A stretch of 31,958 bases of DNA from an uncultured Selenomonadaceae bacterium (GCA_905236665.1 CAJONF010000263.1:1-31958); one strand, 5' to 3'; counted from the first letter of the stretch, positions 15,744 to 25,652 are shown. The notes: a model not told the origin generated them from the letters alone. Numbers and translations are program-made.

Positions 15744-16859
15744 ATGCGCGGTGCTTATCTTATTTCTTCTAACGGCAACCCGTCAATCGGCGGCGGTTGG
15801 AACAATCAGCAACTTTTGAAAGACTGCGGACTTGTGCCGTATCTTTTACATAAAAACCACGGTTTTCATTCGGTTATGGTTGGCATAAAGGTTGACGCAG
15901 ATTATCCTTATCTGGAATATGTTCGCGGGCTGGAGCTGGATTTTTTGCCAGAAGACACGCTTAAAGCGCGGATTAATTATATCGATTCACACGCTGGCTA
16001 TATTGACTTGCTGATTTTATACGGGGCTTATCCCGCTTACATTCCGCTAGTTGAACATTATAAAAAAATTCGTCCCGACGGAAAAATTTATCTCGCCACG
16101 GATATGAACATTGCTTGGGGTGATAGAATTCCGCACGAAAATCCCGCTTATAAAAATTTTCTTCATTCTTGCGACGTTATAGCCGCCAGTTGCCGTGCTA
16201 CGCAAAAATATTTATCGGCGAAATGGAGCGTACCCGTCGATTTGATTCGCAACGGCTGGTATAATTTTTTTAAGGTTAAGTTCGACGACGTTAGCAAGGA
16301 AAATATTATTTTAACTGTCGGGCGAATCGGTTCCAATCAAAAACAAAATCATATTCTGCTTGAGGCGTTCGCTAAGGTTGCAAAAGATTTGCCGAATTGG
16401 AAAGTTCGATTGGTCGGCGGCATTGAAGAAAATTTTAAACCGTACATTGAAAAATTTTTTTCAGCACATCCAGACCTGCGCGAACGTGTGATTTTTACGG
16501 GACTGATTGAAAATAAATCCGCGCTCATGGAAGAATACAAGCGGGCTAAAATTTTTTGTCTAAGTTCAAATTTCGAGGGTGCACCGAACGTAGCGGCTGA
16601 AGCTCTTTTCGGCGGCGATTTTGTAATTTGTTCTGATGTTGACGCGGCGGGCGATATGACTGATGATGAAAACTGCGGAAAAATTTTTCCCATTGGCAAT
16701 GTCGATGCGCTGGCTAAAATTTTTTTGAACGTTTGCCGCGATGAAAAATTAATTTCCAACGGCGGACGAAATGCCCGCGATTATGCCCGTGAACAATTCG
16801 ACGCAAATAAAATCGTGGCGCGGCTGAATTATCTGCTGTATGGAGGTGACGCAAATTGA
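15744..16859 (+). CDS. Glycosyltransferase family 4 (GT-B fold)
   Basis: ILTVGRIG..QKQ..LLEAF and FCLSSNFEGAPNVAAEA motifs. GAGGTG SD. Confidence 0.85.
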   Translation: MRGAYLISSNGNPSIGGGWNNQQLLKDCGLVPYLLHKNHGFHSVMVGIKVDADYPYLEYVRGLELDFLPEDTLKARINYIDSHAGYIDLLILYGAYPAYIPLVEHYKKIRPDGKIYLATDMNIAWGDRIPHENPAYKNFLHSCDVIAASCRATQKYLSAKWSVPVDLIRNGWYNFFKVKFDDVSKENIILTVGRIGSNQKQNHILLEAFAKVAKDLPNWKVRLVGGIEENFKPYIEKFFSAHPDLRERVIFTGLIENKSALMEEYKRAKIFCLSSNFEGAPNVAAEALFGGDFVICSDVDAAGDMTDDENCGKIFPIGNVDALAKIFLNVCRDEKLISNGGRNARDYAREQFDANKIVARLNYLLYGGDAN

Positions 16860-17821
16860 GCAAAATAAATTATTCCGGAGGAAAATATTTTTTGGAGGAC
16901 GGCGGGCAATTTTCCTTGCTCGTGGATATTCGCACACCTTCCGAAAATAGAAGCCGCGTTCATTCTCACCAGTTTAAAGAAAAAGGCGGCGTAGAATTTC
17001 CGCTGACAGAGATAGTCAAAGAGGCAACGAAAAATATTTTTAAGAAAACGCCCGAATCACTCGCCCACGTCGTGACATACTTTAGAATCGTCGCCCGCCT
17101 ATTAAAAAAGCCGCAAATACATTCCATGCTGTGCATAGGTAATTGGTCGCCACTTGATGAATCGCTCGCAGAAATTTTGCCGCAATTTAATCCAGTCAAT
17201 AAATTTTACTGCCTATCAGAAATGCGCCCACTAGGAAAATTTCCGTCGGTTAATTTTATTTTTGCGGAGGGCGGAGAATTTCCCTTGCCAGAAAATAAAT
17301 TCGACACGATAATTTTATCTGAACGGCAAATCCCGTCGTTGGAAATGTTGTTGGCAGTCAAAGACTATGGAAAAATTTATTTCACCGCGCTGAATTCTAG
17401 CATAGAAGAATCGCTCCAATCCCTGTCAAAAATTTTTCCGCTGACAGCAGAACTTTCACTGTTAGAGTTAGAAATTTTGCCGCACTTCCGACAAGAAATT
17501 AAACGCCATACGCCAGCGGGAATTTTAGAAAATAAGAAATCCGAAATAATTCAAGTCGTCTCAACATTGCCGGACGTGATAGAAAAATTCCGCACATTGC
17601 CGCGTAAAAAAAGAACCGCCGTATTGGACGAATGCATTTCCGAAATCAGTCGCGCAGAAAAAATTTTGGCAGAAATTTTTCCCGAACTCCACAGCGACAC
17701 GATTAAATTTAATTTCAATGTCATGAAAGAAACTTTGATTGATTTGCGGCTCGACAACGGCTCACTTTCCCGCGTGGACAGGCAATATAAAATTCTTACA
17801 CAAGATTTTGAACAAGCATGA
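16856..17821 (+). CDS. Hypothetical protein coupled to the GT4 gene
   Basis: 321-aa ORF overlapping the GT4 stop (TTGA). Weak methyltransferase-like segment (FPLPENKFDTII) and a helical C-terminus. Confidence 0.65.
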   Translation: MSKINYSGGKYFLEDGGQFSLLVDIRTPSENRSRVHSHQFKEKGGVEFPLTEIVKEATKNIFKKTPESLAHVVTYFRIVARLLKKPQIHSMLCIGNWSPLDESLAEILPQFNPVNKFYCLSEMRPLGKFPSVNFIFAEGGEFPLPENKFDTIILSERQIPSLEMLLAVKDYGKIYFTALNSSIEESLQSLSKIFPLTAELSLLELEILPHFRQEIKRHTPAGILENKKSEIIQVVSTLPDVIEKFRTLPRKKRTAVLDECISEISRAEKILAEIFPELHSDTIKFNFNVMKETLIDLRLDNGSLSRVDRQYKILTQDFEQA

Positions 17822-17833
17822 GGAGGAATATTT

Positions 17834-18688
17834 TTGAAGTTTAGAAAGAAAATCGCTATGCTTATGATTTTGGCGATGATTCAAATTCCCTTTCCAACTT
17901 ACGCGGCAGAAGAAGATAAAGAACTTTCACTGATTGCCGCTGAACAGGAACGCGAAGAAGAACAGCTCGGCGAAATAAATCCCGCGCTCACCGAAAATAT
18001 TTCAACCGATCCGACTAAGGAGACCGATAAAGACAAAAAGGAACGTAAGAAAAAACTTAAACAGACGCGTAAAGAGAAGGAAAAAGAAAATCAGCGCAAA
18101 CTCAAGGAAGCAGCCGATAAAAAATCTGATGAAAAAAAGACTAAAGACATCAAACCGCGTGAGGAAACAGTTATCATTGATGCGGACGAACCGGAAATAA
18201 AACCTGTGCCGCAGATAACTGAACCTGAACCGCCGCAAACAGTTGAAATTGTCAGCACACTGGATCAAAAAATTTCATACGCGAATTTTACTGAAGTCGC
18301 CAGTGCCGTGAAATTTATTCCGCTGTATATGCCGCGCAAATCCGGTTACGAAATCACTTCGCTTTATGCGGGGCAGGGCATTGCTGAAGTTCGTTACGGG
18401 CGCAGGTGGGAGCCGACTGTCTCCTTGACAGTTAGAACTTATCGGCGGGCGGACGGTGAGGAATTGCAGGACATCAGCGGCGTTCAGGGCGTAAAATGGC
18501 GCGTGGACACTACGACTGGCACGACTATTTACATTGCTAAAATTTCTGAAACGCAACACGTCGCGGCATGGGCTGTTGGTCACTACACTTTTTCCGCGCA
18601 GTCAGAAAATTTATCGTTCGCCGGTTTTCATTCGCTTGTTGCCGATGAACTTGTTGAGTTGTCGACGCATTATTATTTAGATTTGTAA
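17834..18688 (+). CDS. Secreted hypothetical protein with a Lys/Glu-rich linker and a compact C-terminal domain
   Basis: Signal peptide (..TYA-AEE), highly charged residues about 30-130, globular C-terminus. GAGGAGG SD. Confidence 0.75.
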   Translation: MKFRKKIAMLMILAMIQIPFPTYAAEEDKELSLIAAEQEREEEQLGEINPALTENISTDPTKETDKDKKERKKKLKQTRKEKEKENQRKLKEAADKKSDEKKTKDIKPREETVIIDADEPEIKPVPQITEPEPPQTVEIVSTLDQKISYANFTEVASAVKFIPLYMPRKSGYEITSLYAGQGIAEVRYGRRWEPTVSLTVRTYRRADGEELQDISGVQGVKWRVDTTTGTTIYIAKISETQHVAAWAVGHYTFSAQSENLSFAGFHSLVADELVELSTHYYLDL

Positions 18689-18743
18689 ACTCTGTAAGGA
18701 CTTCAGGATAATCTGCTAAAATAATTCGCGAGGAGGTCTTAAC

Positions 18744-19658
18744 ATGGGGTTTTTTGACAGATTAAAAGCGGGCTTGAGTAAAACCCGCGAAAAATTTATT
18801 GACAAGATTGACGAAATACTTCACGGCTCAACGAAGATTGACGATGAACTTTTGGACGAATTGGAAGAAACTTTGATAACTTCCGATGTGGGTATTGCGA
18901 CGACTGAAAAACTTATAACCGGATTGAGAAAAGGTGTACGAAAGGCTGAAATAAATTCTCCCGCCGATGTGAAAAATTTTTTGTCGAATCAAATCCGCGA
19001 AATTTTAACGGAAGAAGAAAGCAGTTTCATCAGCGTAAATCCGCCGCACGTTATTTTGATGATTGGCGTGAACGGCGCGGGGAAAACTACAACGATTGGT
19101 AAACTCGCCGCTTATTACAAATCGCAGGGCAAAAGCGTGATGATGGCGGCGGCAGATACTTTTCGCGCAGGAGCGATTGACCAGCTGGAGATTTGGGCAC
19201 AGCGAACAGGTGCGGCGTTCGTCAAACATTCTGAAGGCTCTAATCCCTCAAGCGTGGCTTTGGACGCCGCACGCTCCGCCGTGGCACAAAAAATAGACGT
19301 TCTACTTGTCGACACAGCAGGACGTCTGCAAAACAAATTTAATCTTATGGAAGAGTTGAAAAAAATCAATCGGATTCTCGGCAAAGGGATTCACGGTGCG
19401 CCGCATGAAGTTTTATTGGTGCTTGACGCTACGACAGGACAAAATGCTTTGCGCCAAGCGGAATTATTTTCACAGACGGCGGGCATTACCGGCATTGTCT
19501 TAACAAAACTAGACGGCACAGCAAAGGGCGGTATGATTATCGGTATAAAAGAACAGCTCAACATTCCCGTAAAATGGGTTGGCGTGGGTGAACGGCTCGA
19601 CGACTTGCGACCTTTCAACGCCAAAGAATTTGCTGACGCTTTGTTCAATATAACTTAA
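18744..19658 (+). CDS. ftsY: Signal recognition particle receptor FtsY
   Basis: GVNGAGKTTT, DTFRAGA, DTAGR and TKLDGTAKGG motifs. Confidence 0.97.
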   Translation: MGFFDRLKAGLSKTREKFIDKIDEILHGSTKIDDELLDELEETLITSDVGIATTEKLITGLRKGVRKAEINSPADVKNFLSNQIREILTEEESSFISVNPPHVILMIGVNGAGKTTTIGKLAAYYKSQGKSVMMAAADTFRAGAIDQLEIWAQRTGAAFVKHSEGSNPSSVALDAARSAVAQKIDVLLVDTAGRLQNKFNLMEELKKINRILGKGIHGAPHEVLLVLDATTGQNALRQAELFSQTAGITGIVLTKLDGTAKGGMIIGIKEQLNIPVKWVGVGERLDDLRPFNAKEFADALFNIT

Positions 19659-20724
19659 AAACTTTTATATTATTAACTATTTCCGACGCGGCGAGCGGTC
19701 GGGAAATTTTTTTTGCGCAAATTTTCATTTCGGTTAGCCGCGCAGGATTTTTTAAAAGTTCTGCGATTACTGCCGAAATTTTTTTATCACCTACGGAAAT
19801 TGCCGCACCATGTGATATTGCATATGCCGCGTTAAGAGATTCGGGGCCGGGTATTGGCGCGTGCAAAATCAGCGGTAGCCCTGCCGCAAATGCTTCTGTT
19901 ATCGTCAACGCGCCGGGTTTCGTGATTAATAAATCTGCCGCCGCCATGAGTGAGCATATATTCGAGACATAGCCGAGCACTTCGACGGGGTGAGAAATTT
20001 TTTCGCGCAATTTTTTTAGCCGCGCCAATAAATTTTCATTTTGCCCAGCCACCACGATAATTTTCAGCGGCGATTGAACTTTATCCAATTCTGTCAGCGT
20101 TTCTTCAATCGAGCCGAGTCCTAAACCGCCTCCCATAATTAAAATCGTGGCTCGTGTCGCTGAAATTTTTTCCACTGCTTGAAATTCTGCACCGATTGGA
20201 ATTCCCGTGGCGAAAATTTTTTGTCCCGTTCTGCAATGCGTGGCGAGTTCCCGTTGCATTTCTTCTGTAGCCACAAAATACGCGTCGACTTCGCCATAAA
20301 TCCAAATTTCGTGCAGTGAATAATCTGTCAGCACCGCCGCCAGCAAAAAATTTTTTTCGGATTTGGCGTGCAAAAATTTCCACAGCGAAGCCGCCGCCTC
20401 CGGAAAAGGGTGAGTGCAAATCACTGCGTCGGGGCGAAATTTTTTCAGCAGGCGGGCAAATGGCAAATACATCAGCGCGGCACTTAAAAATCTTGCAGAT
20501 ACACCAACTTTTTTTCCGTCCGCGAATTTGTAAATCCTGTCGTAAAGGTCGGGGATAAATCGCAACGCCGCTAGATAAATTTTTTTCGTCAGCCAATTCA
20601 GCATGGAAATTTCTTTTGACATGAAGTCGACAACCTGCGCGGATTCGCCGAAAATTTTTTGCAGAGCCTCCGCCGCTTTAGTGTGACCGGAACCGATTGA
20701 CGCCGATAAGATTAAAATTTTCAC
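19645..20724 (-). CDS. MGDG-synthase / UgtP-like diacylglycerol glycosyltransferase (GT28)
   Basis: SIGSGHTKAA, CTHPFP, TDYSLH, MGGGLGLG, ITKPGALT and PIPGPESLNA motifs. Confidence 0.85.
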   Translation of the reverse strand: MKILILSASIGSGHTKAAEALQKIFGESAQVVDFMSKEISMLNWLTKKIYLAALRFIPDLYDRIYKFADGKKVGVSARFLSAALMYLPFARLLKKFRPDAVICTHPFPEAAASLWKFLHAKSEKNFLLAAVLTDYSLHEIWIYGEVDAYFVATEEMQRELATHCRTGQKIFATGIPIGAEFQAVEKISATRATILIMGGGLGLGSIEETLTELDKVQSPLKIIVVAGQNENLLARLKKLREKISHPVEVLGYVSNICSLMAAADLLITKPGALTITEAFAAGLPLILHAPIPGPESLNAAYAISHGAAISVGDKKISAVIAELLKNPARLTEMKICAKKISRPLAASEIVNNIKVFKLY

Positions 20725-21446
20725 GCCGTCAACCCACCGTCAACGCTCAAAATTGCGCCGGTTATAAAACTCGCCGCACTTGACGCCAGAAAATAAATCG
20801 CCTCCGCAACTTCTTGAGCCGTGCCGATTCTGCCGAGCGGATAAATTTTTGCCAAATCATCAAGTGTCGAGCCGGAAGTTTTCATCTGCGTCAAAGTTAG
20901 CGGCGTCAAAATATCGCCAGGTGCAATGCAATTCACGCGCACGGGAAAACTCGCCAATTCCAAAGCAAGCGACTTCGTAAATGCAATGACCGCGCCTTTG
21001 CTGGCAGAATACGCCGCACAAAAATAATTTCCGCGAATTCCCGCATCACTCGCCACATTTACAACCGCACCGCGACTTTTAATCAGCTCATCAATAGCCG
21101 CCCGCGTCACAAAAAAAGTTCCCTTGACATTCGTGGCAAAAATTTCGTCAAAAGTTTTTTCGTCCGTGAAAGTTATCGCGCCCTCATGATAAATCCCCGC
21201 GCTGTTTATCAAAACGTCCACGCCGCCGAAAATTTCTACCGTCCGCGAAATAATTTTCTCACAATCCGCTACACGCTGAACATTTGCTGAAATAAATTCA
21301 AAGTTCCCGCTGAGTTCGTGTTTAATCTTGTCAAAACGTTCACGACTTCTTCCGATGAGCACACAATTAAAATCATTTGACAAAAAAATTTTAGCCGCCG
21401 CCAATCCGATACCAGACGTGCCGCCCGTAATTATCGCTGTCTTCAA
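20721..21446 (-). CDS. SDR-family NAD(P)-dependent oxidoreductase
   Basis: TGGTSGIG, NSAG, YSASK and RVNCIAPG motifs. Confidence 0.92.
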   Translation of the reverse strand: MKTAIITGGTSGIGLAAAKIFLSNDFNCVLIGRSRERFDKIKHELSGNFEFISANVQRVADCEKIISRTVEIFGGVDVLINSAGIYHEGAITFTDEKTFDEIFATNVKGTFFVTRAAIDELIKSRGAVVNVASDAGIRGNYFCAAYSASKGAVIAFTKSLALELASFPVRVNCIAPGDILTPLTLTQMKTSGSTLDDLAKIYPLGRIGTAQEVAEAIYFLASSAASFITGAILSVDGGLTA

Positions 21447-21461
21447 AATTTCTCCTCCATA

Positions 21462-21498
21462 CGAAAAAAAGCGGTTCCTAAAAATTTGGAGCCGCTTT
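21462..21498 (-). terminator. Intrinsic terminator
   Basis: AAAGCGGCTCC..GGAACCGCTTT plus a T run on the minus strand, with one mismatch. Confidence 0.55.
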
Positions 21499-21515
21499 AA
21501 AATTTTTATTTACGT

Positions 21516-21956
21516 TTAATCTCTAAGTTCGCAGGAAATTTTTGTGATGATACCGTTGACGACCTTGAATTCAATCTTTTTTGTGCGGTCGGTGCTGTAA
21601 TATTCGTAATCGGTGTCGTCGTAATCGCGATCAACTTTATCTGCCGTGCCATAAGAAGAATTTAAAATTTCCGCCGATTGACCAACACGAACTCCTTCGG
21701 GCGTCATTATTGTATCTGAAGTCGTGGAAACTTTTTCGACAACGCCGCGCTCAATATCAACTTTGAAATTTTTATATGTCCAATCGTCGCCGTCTTTATA
21801 AACGGGTTGACCGAATGCGTTCACCAAATCATTGACGCTCATTCCTGGATAAATGCTGCCCAGCGCAATTTTTCCGCCGTCAACCGCCGCCATGCACAGC
21901 GACGAACTTAAAATCATCGCGCCACAAAGAATAGCCGCCAAATTTTTAAACTTCAT
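21516..21956 (-). CDS. Secreted hypothetical protein with two BLIP/SmpA-like repeats
   Basis: Signal peptide. Internal repeats GMSVNDLVNAFGQP / GQSAEILNSSYGTA. GGAGG SD before ATG 21956. Confidence 0.7.
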   Translation of the reverse strand: MKFKNLAAILCGAMILSSSLCMAAVDGGKIALGSIYPGMSVNDLVNAFGQPVYKDGDDWTYKNFKVDIERGVVEKVSTTSDTIMTPEGVRVGQSAEILNSSYGTADKVDRDYDDTDYEYYSTDRTKKIEFKVVNGIITKISCELRD

Positions 21957-21977
21957 AATGTGAACCTCCAAAAAACT

Positions 21978-23660
21978 TTACTGCTCGAAACGCTTAACGA
22001 ATACGTCCACCGTTTCAGGATAGCCGAAGTAGAAACCTTGAATAATATCCGCGTTGCAAACATCGCGCAGATAAACGTAAGTTGCTTCATCTTCGACGCC
22101 CTCAATGCAAACTTCCATGCCGACTGCGTGGCACAACATGACAACGTGTTTGACAAGCTGGCGATCGTATTCGCTGTTCAAAAGGTCTTCGACAAAGACG
22201 CGATCGATTTTTATCTGGTTGCATTTGAAGTTTTTAAGAAAACCGAGATTGGAATAACCCATGCCGAAATCGTCCATAGAAATTTTTATTCCTAGGTCGT
22301 GGAAGGCTTGGAACTGTTTATTGACATAATCCCAATCGTAAACGTTGTGACTTTCTGTCAATTCAAAAACCAGCGTGCGCGGATTAATCTGGTGGCGTTC
22401 AATGCAATCCTTAACAAAATCGTAGAAGGTGTGCTCCTCAAGTTGATAGAGCGAAATATTTACGCTGACTTCAAAGTCCGGCATGAACTCCTGCCACTTT
22501 TTAGCAGTGATAATCGCATTTTCTATAATCCAGTGCCCAACAGGAATAATCATGCGGGATTTTTCAAGCAAGGGGATAAATTGCATGGGGGCGACTACGC
22601 TACCGTCTTTATCATACCAACGAAGAAGAGCCTCCGCGCCGACAAGTTTACCGGTTTTTGCATCAACCTGCGGCTGATAGCACAGGAAAAAGTCTTCGCA
22701 ACCGCGGGCGATTGAATTCTGCATAAGATTTTGCATACCGATATCATAACGCCAACGGTCGTAAGATTCGCTGTCAAAGAAAGAAATTTGATCTTTACCT
22801 TTTTGACGTGCGAATTCCAAGGCAACTTCAGCATAGCGCGTCAAATTAATCACGTCGTCCGCATCATCAGGATAGAATGCCGCGCCCGCTGACGCTGTGC
22901 AGTAAATCGTATCTTCTATGTTGCGAATTTCGCGCATACAAAGCTGAATACTCGAATAAATAATTTCCAGCTCTTCAGGATAAACTTCCGATACAAAGAA
23001 TGCGAACATATCGCTATCCAATTTGTAAAGGCGGATATCGGGCGGCAAAATGTTTGTGATGTCCTGCGCGAGCTGTTTTAAAGCGTTGTCGCCGAATTCG
23101 TAGCCGTAAGTTTCGGTGATAAGTTGGAAATTGTCCAGCCCGATGAGAACAACCGCGCCGTGCACGTCAGGTGAACTGTTTAACTCCTTCATCAAATCGA
23201 CATGGAAAGAATTTCGATTGAGCAAGCCGGTCACATGGTCAGCTTTAAGTTTTACGTCCATACGAGATATAACGCCCGCGACTATTTCAGGTTGCCCGAA
23301 TTCATCTGCACCTGCCGTCATTCTCAATGAAACCCAGCCATATTCACCGTCGCGATTTAGTAAGCGGAACTCACCGAAAATTTCGACGCCGGGATTTGAC
23401 GAATCAAGCTCGCTCATTGCCGATTCAAAAATTTCGCGGTCATCGTGCCAGATAAACGGCGTGAGGAGCGTGGCAAAATCTTCTACGACGTTATCGGAAA
23501 AATTAAAATCGCGCCGGAAATTTTCCGAGATCATGACTTGTCCGCTACTTACGTCGACGGCAAAAATATATTCGTCCGCAGAATTCTGCAGAGCCTCAAA
23601 ATAAGTTTTGATTCGACCTAACGGGGAATCTTCACCGAGTTGAAATAAATTTGTGTTCAT
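21978..23660 (-). CDS. PAS-GGDEF-EAL protein, probably a c-di-GMP phosphodiesterase
   Basis: DHVTGLLNR and a degenerate GGDEF (DSDMF). Intact YQPQ, EALLRW, ELTES, DDFGMGYS, KIDRVF and EGVE motifs. Confidence 0.88.
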   Translation of the reverse strand: MNTNLFQLGEDSPLGRIKTYFEALQNSADEYIFAVDVSSGQVMISENFRRDFNFSDNVVEDFATLLTPFIWHDDREIFESAMSELDSSNPGVEIFGEFRLLNRDGEYGWVSLRMTAGADEFGQPEIVAGVISRMDVKLKADHVTGLLNRNSFHVDLMKELNSSPDVHGAVVLIGLDNFQLITETYGYEFGDNALKQLAQDITNILPPDIRLYKLDSDMFAFFVSEVYPEELEIIYSSIQLCMREIRNIEDTIYCTASAGAAFYPDDADDVINLTRYAEVALEFARQKGKDQISFFDSESYDRWRYDIGMQNLMQNSIARGCEDFFLCYQPQVDAKTGKLVGAEALLRWYDKDGSVVAPMQFIPLLEKSRMIIPVGHWIIENAIITAKKWQEFMPDFEVSVNISLYQLEEHTFYDFVKDCIERHQINPRTLVFELTESHNVYDWDYVNKQFQAFHDLGIKISMDDFGMGYSNLGFLKNFKCNQIKIDRVFVEDLLNSEYDRQLVKHVVMLCHAVGMEVCIEGVEDEATYVYLRDVCNADIIQGFYFGYPETVDVFVKRFEQ

Positions 23661-23744
23661 TGTCATCTTCCTCTTGAATTTATCGCGCTTATTTCTTTCA
23701 AACCGAATTCGACGCGCCGTTAAAACTTCCTGCAAAATTTTTAG

Positions 23745-23810
23745 CTAATTCCCTACAATCAGTTAAGAATTAGGGATTAGGAATTTTTTTTAACACCTAA
23801 CTCCTAACTA
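23745..23810. repeat. Degenerate heptamer repeats in inverted orientation
   Basis: TAAGAAT TAGGGAT TAGGAAT flanked by CTAATTCCCTA and CCTAACTCCTAACTA. Confidence 0.55.
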
Positions 23811-24551
23811 ACAAAAGATTTCCGCGGCATTAAAAATCGGGCCGTCCTTGCAAACTTTTTTTCGACCGCTGACAGTATCAATCGAACAGCTAAGACACGC
23901 GCCCAATCCACAAGCCATGCGCTTTTCAAATGAAACTTCACACGGCAAATTTTTTTCTAAAGCTATCTTCGCCACGCCACGCATCATAACTTCGGGACCA
24001 CAAGTAAAAATCTCTGAATATTTTCCCGCCGATAAAACTTCCGGTAAAAAATCTGTCACGAATCCTTTTTTAGAGTAGCTACCGTCATCAGTCGTGATAA
24101 AAATTTTTTCAACGTGCGGGAGAAATTCTTCTTGCCAAAATTTTACTTCATCACTTGTGCGCCCGCCGATCAAGACATCAACAGAAAATTTTTCCGCCGC
24201 CAAAAGTAAAGGTGCTAGCCCCATGCCGCCGCCGACTAAAAGAATTTTCCCGCCATGAGCAGAAAAGCCATTTCCAAGCGCACCTAAAATATTTAACCGT
24301 TCGCCCGCCCGCAATCGTGATAAATTTTCTGTGCCGCGTCCGACTGCTCGATAAAAAATTTTTACACGACCACCCGCCGTCGACGCTATGCCAAACGGTC
24401 TGCGCAAAGTGAATTCATCAGAAATTTTTACTTGAACAAATTGTCCCGCCCGCGATATTTCTGCCAATTCGGGCGCGTCGACTATCAGCCGGAAAATTTT
24501 TTCTGCAACTTCTTCGTTCGATAAAATTTTTACATTAAAATTTTTCGCCAT
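23808..24551 (-). CDS. pyrK: Dihydroorotate dehydrogenase electron-transfer subunit
   Basis: RRPFGI, GGGMGLAP, TCGPEVMM and EKRMACGLGACLSC..VCKDGPIF (2Fe-2S) motifs. Confidence 0.88.
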   Translation of the reverse strand: MAKNFNVKILSNEEVAEKIFRLIVDAPELAEISRAGQFVQVKISDEFTLRRPFGIASTAGGRVKIFYRAVGRGTENLSRLRAGERLNILGALGNGFSAHGGKILLVGGGMGLAPLLLAAEKFSVDVLIGGRTSDEVKFWQEEFLPHVEKIFITTDDGSYSKKGFVTDFLPEVLSAGKYSEIFTCGPEVMMRGVAKIALEKNLPCEVSFEKRMACGLGACLSCSIDTVSGRKKVCKDGPIFNAAEIFC

Positions 24552-24665
24552 GAATTTCCCCCCTAATTCTTGATTAATATAGCATTTACATTTGCTCAGC
24601 GTCAAGGACGGCGCGGCTTGCCAAAAACTTTTTCGACAATTATACTGGCGCGGGAGGGATTTAAT

Positions 24666-25649
24666 TTGATAGTCTCATGGAATACGACAAACGCTTGCAA
24701 TATGTATTGCGCCCATTGCTACCGCGACGCCGGCTGTAAGGCGACCGAAGAACTTTCTACCGCCGAGGCAAAGGAACTTTTAAACCAAATCGCCCGCGCA
24801 GGTTTCAAGATAATGATTTTTTCGGGCGGCGAACCTTTAATGCGCCCCGATATTTTAGAATTAGTCGAACACGCCACAAAATTAAAGTTAATCGCGGTTT
24901 TCGGGACTAATGGCACGCTGATAACTGCACAGTTGGCAAAAGATTTAAAAGCGGCGGGTGCTAAGGGCATGGGAATTTCTTTGGACTCCCTAAACGCCGA
25001 TAAGCACGATAAATTTCGCTCATTCGTAGGCGCGTGGCAGGGCGCAGTTGACGGCATGAAAAATTGTCTCAATGCAGGCTTGCCCTTCCAAATTCATACA
25101 ACGGTTATGGATTGGAATCAACACGAATTGGAAGCCTTGACAGATTTTGCAGTAAAAATCGGCGCGAAGGCTCATCATTTTTTCTTTTTGGTGCCAACAG
25201 GTAGAGCCGCAACGATTGAGGAAGAATCTCTGCGCGCTGAAGGTTATGAAAATGTTTTAACTCGGATAATGAAAAAGCAACAAGAAGTTTCTATTGAACT
25301 CAAACCGACGTGCGCTCCGCAGTTTTTAAGAATCGCTGACCAACTTGGAATTAAAACGCGTTTTAGGCGCGGGTGCCTGGCTGGTTTAAGCTATTGCATT
25401 ATCAGCCCGCGTGGAAAAGTTCAGCCGTGCGCTTATCTGAAAATGGAACTCGGCGATGTGCGAGAAATTCCCTTCGATGAAATTTGGCGTTCAAATAAAG
25501 TTTTAAAGACGCTCCGAACTTTAGAATACAGCGGGAATTGCGGCGGTTGCAAATATAAAAATAAATGCGGCGGGTGTCGAGCGCGGGCGGCTTGTTATCA
25601 TGGTGGCGACTTTATGAGCGGCGAACCATGGTGCAATTTTAATAATTAA
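24666..25649 (+). CDS. Radical SAM/SPASM protein of the NirJ2/AhbD type (alternative heme biosynthesis)
   Basis: IVSWNTTNACNMYCAHCYRDAG, ELKPTCAPQF, GCLAG and SPASM CxxCxxxxxCGGCRARA motifs. TTG start after GGGAGG. Confidence 0.8.
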   Translation: MIVSWNTTNACNMYCAHCYRDAGCKATEELSTAEAKELLNQIARAGFKIMIFSGGEPLMRPDILELVEHATKLKLIAVFGTNGTLITAQLAKDLKAAGAKGMGISLDSLNADKHDKFRSFVGAWQGAVDGMKNCLNAGLPFQIHTTVMDWNQHELEALTDFAVKIGAKAHHFFFLVPTGRAATIEEESLRAEGYENVLTRIMKKQQEVSIELKPTCAPQFLRIADQLGIKTRFRRGCLAGLSYCIISPRGKVQPCAYLKMELGDVREIPFDEIWRSNKVLKTLRTLEYSGNCGGCKYKNKCGGCRARAACYHGGDFMSGEPWCNFNN

Positions 25650-25652
25650 AAA

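Noticed and set aside
20105-20596. 163-aa alternative-frame ORF inside the GT28 gene
   Set aside because: Out-of-frame ORF with no SD and low-complexity composition. The other short overlapping ORFs in the track were rejected for the same reasons.
23116-23604. 162-aa antisense ORF over the GGDEF-EAL gene
   Set aside because: Ser-rich antisense shadow with no supporting signals.
23661-23735. Longer N-terminal extensions in the ORF track (also yceD 2216, tyrS 10574, queC 14671, pyrK 24605, nirJ2 24570)
   Set aside because: SD position and family N-termini favour the downstream starts used in the features.
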